The notes under the pieces are model-generated. The model made no database searches and had not been told where the DNA came from. It saw only the letters and a program-made list of their open reading frames with translations. A stretch of 64,000 nucleotides of DNA from Tubiluchus corallicola (lineage: Eukaryota; Animalia; Priapulida): contig JAQGDQ010000019.1 of assembly GCA_030141605.1 (NCBI GenBank), positions 620,001 to 684,000 of the forward strand, given 5' to 3'. Within the stretch, counting starts at the first letter, position 1, and each line of letters opens with the position of its first letter. Positions 53,666-64,000 of the stretch are shown here, in pieces. The position numbers and the translations under genes were made by a program.

Positions 53666-54504
53666 TTTAGCAAGTACTTACGTTAACAATTTCAAGTTTA
53701 ACCACAAATAGACTATTGACGTTAATTAAAGTTATCAAAGAATATAGGCGAATTCTATACAAAGAAGTGAGGACAACAACAAAAGTATCAACAGGTACGA
53801 CATCAACAACAATAACAACAAAAACAACAACAACATCATCATCATCATCAATAACAACAATAAAAGTTTCGAATCGAGGACGACAACGCGAATGCAACAA
53901 TCTCAAAGCATCCACAAAAAAACAGTAACAAAGTATTACAAACTTTTATTTAACCATTTGTAAAGTCTTATTATGTGATGTAATTCGGTATTACGTATTT
54001 CGATTATTTCGATCTGTTGCGTCTCAGCCATTGTTTATCAGTGTAAGTCGGTTTCCTTGTATGTGCTCTTATTTCGTGCAATATTTACGCAAAGGCAGTC
54101 ACTGATGAGTAAATCCATACATTTCGCCTGCAGTCTGTTATTAAAAGCACATTGCATGGATGTAGAAGTTTTAAAACGACACACGGCGTAATGATTTTAT
54201 AATGTTGTGTACATTATTATTCTTTTCTATGTCATTATGAATACATCGCCTATATTATATATGCCTTCTCGCATGAAATACATAGGGCACATCAATGTAA
54301 TTACAGTTTTGTAAATTTTCAAGAAAAAAATGAAAGAATTTTCATGAAAATCATTTGATAGTTGTAGAAAAAACACGAAGGTCCATTGGTAGAGTAGTGG
54401 CCTGTTTGTCATGACGGTCACAACTCGTGCTCTAAATAGCTTCATTATATCAGTGCCTGGCCGAGTAATATATGAGGAGATTATATTTTCTTGTATATTA
54501 TTCA

Positions 54505-54770
54505 TTATCTTCATCATTTTACGTCATCTCCATTGTAGGTGGCCTGTTTAGATTCTCAACTCACGTCTTCCTCTGTCAATCTTGCACATTCAGAATATTA
54601 GCTTTCAATCCAGTCCGTAACTTTGTAGATCATTTCCTTCGTTGTCTTCGTCTCCTACGCTTTCAACCGATGATACCTTCCAACAACAATCTTTACATCA
54701 CATTGGCACGAATGAAGTGGCCAAAATATTGAATTTTGTCGTAGTCGATTAGCATGTTATTTGCTTTCAA
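54505..54770 (-). mobile_element. RTE-like LINE 3' remnant
   Basis: Minus-strand KIQYFGHFIR..RLLLEGIIG*KRRRRRQRRK* resembles the YFGHxxR..LEGxxxGxRxRGRxRxxW motif. Confidence 0.65.
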
Positions 54771-55999
54771 GAGTCTCAAAACAAAGCATGAGTGCATAAA
54801 CTAAATCAATGAGCTTCATTAACTTGACATGTTGTTTAATAGTAGCAAACTAGAGATTAAAGTCATCCTCATCAGTCATCCTCAAAACTTTTTCATTTTT
54901 GTGTGATCTTTATAAAGTCCACATGAATTGTTTGGAGCTGTACTTTTGCTATCACTGCAACAACTACTGAAGACATATCAAGTAATACGAGACCAACAAG
55001 GTAGAAAGTAATATTTTGAATTTACTCGAACACCAGACTTCCGTAAATGCAGTATTAATATCCTTTCCTTGTGCTACTTATCAAATGTTGTACTTGTGTG
55101 GAACTGGTTTTTTCCTCCTAGTGATTCTGTTTGGTATCTTTTTCAACAATCTTTAGGTAATCCAATTAGCATAAAGGAATAGCCCCCACCCCCAAATATA
55201 ATAAGTGTAAAGCCAATTAATTGTAATGTGTAATGCTGTGAATGGCTAACAGACAAAACATGCGTATGTCTAGAATGTCGAACGAGGAAGCTACGCACTC
55301 TCTGCGTGTGCGTAAGTTTACGTCCATATCTAACCCGGCAAAACGACCAGCTAGTGGCAGTCAACATAACAAGAGAGTGGCTTCAGCGGCTGACAGCGGT
55401 TCGACTGAAACTCTCCGGAAGCATTCAACAGTTACTACCGTGACATTGGCGTCTTGGAAAGCGACAAAAAAGTTTCGTTATTCACAGTTTCTTTGTGTAA
55501 GTAACTGAAAGTTTTACTATCGCATTCAGTAAACAAAATATGGTTGCATTTTAGTCAATTTGCAAAAGGTTCAGTTAATATAATGCAGTATGACTTCTAA
55601 TTAAAATTAATATTCTTTGTCTTTCTAATATTTTTTTTCTATTTTTTGGTTTGTGCGTTTCAATTGATTATAGTCATTTTTCCTGATTTTAATACACGAA
55701 GTTAAAATCTCAACAGCGTACATTTAAGTAAACAAACAATAATATAAAGTTTTTAAAATCATGACTATTTCGAATAATCATTAGTCGTTGATAAATAATT
55801 AATAACAGTTATCGATTAGTAATTGGTAAGCAACGGTTTAATTGATCAACGTATTCGGGAGGAGTTAAGCGAATACGAAAAAATCCAATCAATAAACATT
55901 CGTCAATTTTTATAATAAGAAAAGCATCAAATTTGGTGTGCGAAGTGATGGAATTAATTCACAATCATTCAATTTGGAAAGCATTATTGTCCGAGTGAA

Positions 56000-56048
56000 G
56001 GGAAATGTGAAAAGTCGACACAGGGACTAGGATTTGAACTAGGGTACC
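56000..56048 (-). mobile_element. tRNA-derived SINE-like fragment
   Basis: Minus-strand B-box GTTCAAATCC followed by CTTTTCACATTTCC, as in the 51860 copy. Confidence 0.45.
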
Positions 56049-56239
56049 ATTTGATATATTAATTGTGTAAATCCGCCAGAACATCTTTGGCGTAAAATGT
56101 GTTGAATAACATGCATGTGATTCGTAATTGATGCTAAATGTATAATACAGTACTTACCCCTTTTTTCTTGATGGAATAAACATTAAACAATAGAAAAATA
56201 AACATTTTTGAAAAGTTTCTTTCATACTTCACGAAACAA

Positions 56240-56376
<137 letters not shown>

Positions 56377-56799
56377 GCTTTCAAGAGTCTGAAAACGAAG
56401 CATGTGTGCAAGAACCAATGAGTTTAATTAACTGGACATGTTTTATAAAATGTGTTAACTGTTCGATTATTAGTTTTCCGTTGCGTATTTGATACTGACA
56501 TAATAACTGACTGACTGCATACACTTACTTTAATAAATAATTAAACCACTAAGACATTGAGTGTGCGACGTTTCATCATTGGTGCGATTTGGTTTCATCT
56601 CATATAAGAAATCACATCTATTTCTAAAGAGGCAGCTTTCCCAATATTTGGGCAGAAAGTTGTGCTTGGAGTTCGGTGCAGCTTACCTGATCTAGAACAA
56701 CCTACGTTTAGACTAAAAAACAATGGTATTGAATTTAAGTGCATAATAGCAAGTAGTGATAACAACAACTCTACAAATTAATCCATACATAAACACTAA

Positions 56800-57610
56800 C
56801 ACGAATCTTTCTTTTCTGCTTTTGTGTTAACAATACACCTAAAGTCTTAACATATTGTAATACAGGACAGTATGATGACGACACCTCGATATATTTGGCC
56901 CATGAAAATCTAGCAATAGCTCAACGACTTATAGAACAAGACATCGCATACATTAAGATAACATTTACTTATTTAAAACTTAAATTAAATAAAACCAAAG
57001 CAGATGTCATGGTGCTCTCCTCAAATGACAATATAACATGTTTTCAAATAAAAGTAGAAAACAATATAATAAAGCAGAAAAATATTATGAATTTCTTGGC
57101 ATCGGCGTAGATAATGAAGTTTCGTGAGACAATCACTTTAATAAAATTGACGAAAATATTGCATGCAGAACGTCCTACTTAAGGCGAGTCAAAGAACCTA
57201 CTCAATTAACTAAACAGACAAGGTTGTTAATTTACGAAACTGTCATTCTACCCCACATTTTATACGGACGCATACTATTTCACAAAGTCTCAAGAGAGAT
57301 GTGTAATAAATTAAACAGTCTTCAAAATTATAATTTTCTTAAGATTTGTCTCTGGTTTATCAAACAAAACATCTCTGATCACAAATTAAACTTCTGCCTG
57401 TAACTGATTTAAGAATCTCATTTAAAATTCCAATTTTACAAGCATTTAAAAACTACTATACAATCCTATTCTCCTACAAATATATCAATAATATTACTTT
57501 CAACCTAAAACACATAATGTTAAACAAACACATACTAATAACAATGCAGCAATAATTCTATCTCGAAACAAGCAGTTCAGCTCGGGATTAAAATCCACAC
57601 TTTAAATTAT
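56800..57610 (+). mobile_element. Degenerate LINE RT fragment (CR1/L2 group)
   Basis: QYDDDTSIY (YADD-like), LKLNKTKADVM, FLGIGVDN and IYETVILPHILYG across frameshifts. Confidence 0.75.
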
Positions 57611-59424
57611 TATCAAAATCCTACATATGTTAATGATATATATATATATATAAATAAAATATATATATATATATATTCTTCCACAAATTTTATTTGTTCA
57701 CCCTTAACACCACCAGTATATATCGTAAGTAGTTTGTATTATAATTTGCGTATAATATTGTAGCTTTTTTTTAATTTCTGTGCACAGTAGTTTTAGTTTC
57801 GCATTTGTCTGTAACAGTTGTGTGAATTTGTTCTTGTATGCTTTTATGCTTATGAACATCGATTTTATTGGCAAATAACGATTGTTATTAGATATCAAAC
57901 ATATACATTCGTCTCCGTAGTGTGTGCTTCACTGCTCACACATGTATATCGTAGCTGGGACTAAAAAAATACATAGTTTGGCATCTTCTTACACCACTTG
58001 CGAATTTCAGTTCTTTTAGATGCATTATTTGTAACGCTCCTGTAGTATTCATGACCATTCTCCCATCTCCATTATAGCCTACGTGTGGTTCATGAGGGAC
58101 CACGAGTGTTTAATGAATATGTCTCTAACGTATCTCAAATTAGTCAAAATCTTTTCTAAAGAGAGCAATCTATCAGTTGGCAGGCTATAGAATCAAACAT
58201 CCCAATTTTAAACAACAGTTAATGCACAAAGAATCAAATCAAAACAACTAGGAGTAAACCTAGCTATTCTCATTTAGGTAACTGGTGCTAGAACTTATTA
58301 CCTAAAAAGTAAAAATGTGCTGACGTGTGCACCCTAGATATATAGATAGATAGATGGACAGACAAGTTTATTTCAGATGTTTCGTCCATGTAGCATAAGA
58401 TACAGTTCTAAAAAATTAAAAAGTAATAACTACATTCCAATATGTACAAAGACAAATTGCAAAGGTAAAACAAAATAAATGAATAAATTACCTCACGTTG
58501 CCAAGAAGATCAATAATGTGTTTTCTGATGACCGAGTAAAAATTACATACAATAAAAGTACTAAAACACGAGGATAAAAGCGCAGTGCACCGATCTGACG
58601 CATATTTATAATGTTCCGCAAAGATGCTATCTAGTCTCGGACTCTTATTAGATGAGAGCTATTAGACCGTATTTTTCATTTCTGAGTGAGTTATATGACA
58701 TAAATGGATCTATGTTTCCTGAAAACCTAGTTCTAAGGACTAGTGAGTAGCCCAGTGTTATTGCGTGTCCCTAGCGACCGAAGCTAACTAACGCTGATCC
58801 TGGTTTGAGAAGTGACCACCAGTTCCAATACTCATCCTAGCGCGCTGAATCTGTCATACTGTCCATGGGTGAGTCAGCTCTGCCGCTGCTTTAATGTATG
58901 AATGCAAAATATTATCCTTGATAATGAGATACATTCAATGAAATTGACTAGGCCATAGACTGAGTGTCAGAATCCAGCTTGCAGAGTGCCAACTGCATAA
59001 AAAGCAATAATATTACCGTTGTGGTCATCTCTATGCACCTTCGCCCACCTATATTTTAATGTATTCTCTGTGTTTGCTATTCTCTGTGTGCCCTGATTAA
59101 GTGTGTACCTGCTGCTGTTAGCAGGGTGTTTCTGCACGATATGCCATGCATTTGAAGCAGAATTATTATGTAAAGTTGATGTACGCATGTTCACTCAGAG
59201 GGCATATCTGTAATAATTCTAACGATTTATCAGGGCATAATCGTATCCACGTGCGTCGTGATCGCTAGGGGGAAAAATAAGCTTTTGTTCGTTGATATTT
59301 TCATTGTCACCATTGCTATTACACTGCTACTCTTGTGTAGGCACCTGCGCCGTTGTTTCTGCTGTAGTTGTTTGCACTTTCGCCATCGCTAAAGTTGTCA
59401 CTTTTGTTTTGTTATCATAATAAC

Positions 59425-59525
59425 ACAATGATGATGATGATGACGATGATGACAATAATAATAATGATGATGATGACGATACTGATAATAATAAAAATAA
59501 TAATAATAATAACAACAACAACAAC

Positions 59526-59609
<84 letters not shown>

Positions 59610-59660
59610 TATAGTAAAAGTAATTGTAATAGCAATAATAACAACAGCAATGACGATGGT
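59425..59660. repeat. Compound (GAT)n/(AAT)n/(AAC)n microsatellite
   Basis: Long AAT run at about 59526-59608 with flanking GAT and AAC runs; source of the poly-I/M/T pseudo-ORF. Confidence 0.95.
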
Positions 59661-59972
59661 GGTGGCGAATGCCTATGTTGGTTTTACCCTCAATGTCTTT
59701 GTTGTCGATATTTCGGACTCCAACAAATGAAGGAGGTGCATTCTAGCCAAACTCTTTTTTGTGCTTTGCTGAGACAAATTAGCACGAAGTTTCTGCAATC
59801 GATCTATTTTCACTTCACCACATTGTTGTCGTTGTCACAATGTCACTCATTTTGGACCCAAATTGTTGGTATCCTTTTTGTAGTTATTGCTGTGTAATTG
59901 CTGCTGCGGCTATGCAATTGCTTGTTTGCTATCTTTCTTATGCTTATACTATATCTCAGTTACTTATTACTG

Positions 59973-61009
59973 GCAGTATCCACCCACTTCGCCAGTTGTG
60001 CAGTTTACCAGTTGTAGAATTCGCCAGTGGTAGAGTTCGCCAATGGTATGCTTCGCAGTGGTGCAGTTCGCCAGTGTTACAGTTCGCCGGCGATACATTT
60101 CGTCAGTGGCATACTTTGCACTTCGCCAGTAGTACATTTCGCTAGTAAGATCTTTTTGGTATATGTTATTACCACATTCTTTTAACAAAATGTTTTAGTT
60201 CGCCTTTGGTACATTTCGCCAGTTGTATATTTCGACAGTAAATTTTTTCTGTTACATGTTACTAACTTATCTTTAACAAAATGTTTCAGTTTGTCAGTTT
60301 ACTTATTACGTTTACACTTTGTCATTATTATAACACAAGTTACTACTTCATAGTTTGCCAGCGATCAATCATTTTAAAGGTTATACCTGAAGTCAAGAAG
60401 TTATTGAAAACAGAATGGTTAAGAAGAAGCTAGATATTTGTTATACTGAAATGCCATATATTATGTTTGTTATTCTTGGCCATCTATAATGCAGTTATCT
60501 ATAAGAACAAACACTGAAAGGCAACTATGCATTATGCATTGGCACAACTAATTCGGACAAAAATTTATGTTTAGACTTTTGACTAACCTTTACTACTCAG
60601 GTTTAATGTGTTTCGTAATAATTATGATCAATTTAATGTTTTTGTGAGTTAAGAGGTATTGTGTTTTTACATGACACGTGTATTCCCAATTTACTTATTT
60701 GTTCCTAAAATCATACACTTTCAGATGCAGTACGTGTAGTATACAATAAAAATATACAATAACTGCAACAGTGTACAATAATATATAGCAGACAAATACT
60801 ACTGGCGGAATATACTATTTGTCAAGTGGGTACTGGCGAACTGTACCACCGGTAAACTGAAACATTTTGTTAAAATAATGAGGTAATAACATAACGGAGA
60901 ATGTTTACTGGCGAAATGTAATACTGCCAAAAACATATCACTGGCAAAGTGTATCATTGGCGAACTGTACCACTGTCGAACCGCACCACTGGCAAAGTGA
61001 CATACAATC
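59973..61009. mobile_element. Foldback/MULE-like element with modular inverted arms
   Basis: Left arm (59973-60240) is built from about 16-bp TTCGCCAGTGGTRCAG subrepeats. Right arm (60800-61009) has the inverse ACTGGCGAA units and the inverted TTAACAAAATGTTT block. ATTACTG flanks both sides (59966-59972, 61010-61016). Confidence 0.7.
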
Positions 61010-64000
61010 ATTACTGCATACAATGAAAATACCTACTACTAATTTTGAATCAAAACCAGTTGTATCAAACCCAGAACCTAGCTTGCAGTGTGGAAACCTC
61101 CGTAGAAAATAAGACAATGAGCCAAGTCTTAGCCACGTTTGGATGTACAGACACCCTTCTTTTACTGTAAGCTGGAAGCAGTGCGGCAGGTGAAGTTACC
61201 GAGCAGGAATTTTGTTCCAAGTCAATCATCCAGTTAGTGATCAGGCTCATCCGCTACTTAATAGTCGTAGCCAAGAGCACGTTCCAGCTATTTTGACGAT
61301 ACACGATACAGGTATTCTGCCGCTGAAAATGCCACTTCTGTGCCATTAGTTCTGTCGTCGTTGTTGGCGATGTAGCTGGTAAATCAGAAGTCAGTCGTCA
61401 TGATGTAGGAAACTGCGTTCTGGCAGTGTAATTAGAGCAATCTAATTCTCACTCGGGAGATGAGCGATTGTCATCTGCGGTGTTATTTGAACTGTCGCAT
61501 TTTTGTCTACTTCCAAGTTATTGTTGCGAGAAAGATTTTTCTGACCGGATTAAGCCAGATTATTGCTTGATAAAACAATAAGGTTTTCAGTTTTGTTTCA
61601 ACATCGTAATCACGGTTAATAATTGCGTGTCGCGAAAAAAAGACAAAAGACATTTTGCAGCTTGGCGGCGAACGCTTATATCATTTATATTCGCGCCGCA
61701 CTATACGCCGCTTCTGTATTATAAAGAAATCGAAGCAAAAATCAAGATGTTGATTGTAGAGAAAATTAGGAAGCAATGTAAGCTTTTACAAAACATTTCT
61801 CTTGCACGTGCTGGGAACTCTTAATGGAAAAGAACATACAAAAATGAATTGAAATTTGTGAACAATTCGTTTCAGAAAACATTGTTTCAAGTGCTTGCGA
61901 TAATCATGTTCTGAAGTGCTTGTAGGAAGGAATTGTTTGAAATCTTTATTATTAAATAAATATTGACCGTTGTGTATTTTGTTGTCAAATAGTACGAAAA
62001 TATTTTTTGTGAATGTAAATTGTAATGTATAGGTTTGGTAGCGATCCTATTTTAACAAAACAAAATACAAATTTTAATATAAAACATAATAAAGAGATTT
62101 AATCGTATTTAAGCACATACAGAATAATAACATTTTAAGTTTTTTTAAAGGTGTGATGGCTCAAGCGTACAAATTTTACATCAAATGTTATCACATAATA
62201 CTATTGTTAAATTTAGATATCTAGATAATTATTTAATAATATAATGATTGGTTCATATTTAACTGATTAATTATCTAGATTTAGTAGAAGAAATCCGAAA
62301 CCTCACAACTTTATTATCAAATCAATAGTATTAGTAGTGCCACCGCAAAAGTAAACACGGACAATATGCTGTTGTAGAGACAGTATATCGTCGTTTTTCA
62401 TTTTGCCATAGTCCTACTGGTACTTATAAGGTTTAATTATCTATATGCACAAATTTTATATTAGAGTGCATATCTCTAATTTACAAGCTTCAGTATTATT
62501 CGTGCAGTTCAAAAGATATTACTTCATTGATTTTGCATATGTGAGAAACGTTAAAAGTGTCAAAGTCAAAAATGAGATCTCGTACGCAGCATCTCATGCT
62601 GCCAACTCATATTCATAATTCTAGCACATTATTCACCAACGTGTTACTACGAGGTTATCCATCCACGAATATTAACTAATATGCTCCTTCTACGTATTGG
62701 TATAAACAGAGCATTTTTACTTGCACCGTAGCGTAGTGCCTTAGGATGATGAAATGGCATGGCGATGATGAGGAAAGAAGGGGAAGGATAGTCGTGAAAG
62801 GCAGCGACTCGGATAACCATGCTTATACAGCTTATAGCACCCAAAGAACTAGCATTCAGTATCAGATATTAATTTTCTAGAAAGTTGACATTCTATTATT
62901 ATCACCTATTGTTTTAACATCACCTGATTGATAGAAAGTGTAGAAAATTGCTATAGTGATCTTAGGGTATGTGGCTAAACTGGTTATTTCACGTGAGTGG
63001 GCCGCGCTTTGGGCTTGATCTGTGCCAAAATTTAAATTATGAGCTACCAAATTTGGTTGAATTTTATAATTTGCAGCCACGACGCAATTATTGGTTGAGG
63101 GACTTGGTCTAGGACTCGATCGAAGAGGAAATTGGGAACGACTCAGTGAATTTGCAATATCTGTATCGATGTTGAATTTTCGCGATTTTGAATTCAAGAT
63201 GACAGCAATAACATTATTTTCGAAAAAATGCCTGGTGCTCCATGAATTCGTAAAATATACTAGAACAGTGGTTTTCAGCGAGGGTAAATTCCACCACTGG
63301 GGATATGTTTATAAGGGAAATTGCATGAAGCCAGAGATTGACAGACTCACGTTGTTGAAATACTGATCTGTTTACAAACAACAATCATGTAAATTGTGCA
63401 TAATTAATCTGTAACATATCACACAATTGTGTTGACTACAGACTAATAATTTGTTGTGTTGACACATACCACAGACTAATAATTTTAAAAACCACTTCTG
63501 CTTGCAATTCTGTTACCTTACCAAGTTATAATTTTAGTAATCTCCCAATAATTTGTGAATTGCTAATCATGGTAAATTTGTAAATATCCATTACAGGAAT
63601 AAGCTAAACAAATCTAGAATGTCATTAATTAAATGATAACTGTGATTGCCAGAATTTTTATAAACTATTGTTGTCTATTTTATCAATTATTACCCCTTGC
63701 GGGTATTGAGTTGGGCAAAGGAGACACTGAAAAATTGTGGACTAGACGGGATTTGACAGCATACCTATGACAATAGGGGAATACTTATGGGGATAATACG
63801 ATATCACTATTTAAATATGACTTTGATTGCCAGACTTCCCAGGTCTCGCGTCTTAATTATTAATGATAGCAATCGTTAGTTGCCAGCTAATTTGGGAAAG
63901 TATAGTATCCCCCTTCTGTCGTGGGTACAGGTGGCGTTGTTGGTTTGTGAGCTACAATTAGGAAATCTTAGGTCTGCTCTGTCACGCTTGATTGGTTTAA

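Noticed and set aside
56555-56610. Second hammerhead-like motif (GAAACGTC on the minus strand)
   Set aside because: No CUGANGA box or stem II could be placed.
59327-59730. Poly-Ile/Met/Thr and poly-Leu/Ser ORFs
   Set aside because: Translations of trinucleotide microsatellites.
61065-61560. GC-richer block that could be an exon or a transposase N-terminus
   Set aside because: Reading frames are short and interrupted, with no convincing motif or splice-site pair.

Overview
AT-rich genomic DNA from an invertebrate animal (spliceosomal introns, many decayed transposons, no prokaryotic or CRISPR features). Three complete multi-exon genes were assembled by hand with GT-AG junctions and consistent phase. 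(1) DRAP1/NC2-alpha: minus strand, 7 coding exons, 294 aa, with a U12-type intron. (2) Golgin-84/GOLGA5: minus strand, 12 coding exons, 708 aa. (3) Long-form DPH6 diphthine-ammonia ligase with C-terminal Rid (YjgF/UK114) domains: plus strand, 15 coding exons, about 694 aa, head-to-head with GOLGA5. The rest is introns and intergenic DNA with LINE remnants (RTE, CR1-like), inverted-repeat DNA elements (hATm-like, Merlin-like, foldback/MULE-like), tRNA-derived SINE-like heads, minisatellites and microsatellites. I found no clearly new multi-gene system. The best leads are three: complementary retention of Rid active-site residues across two DPH6 domains plus a possible third cryptic domain, a CtBP-type PLDLS motif in an extended NC2-alpha tail, and TE-derived hairpins inside the DPH6 transcript. 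Family assignments rest on recalled motifs; no database searches were run.
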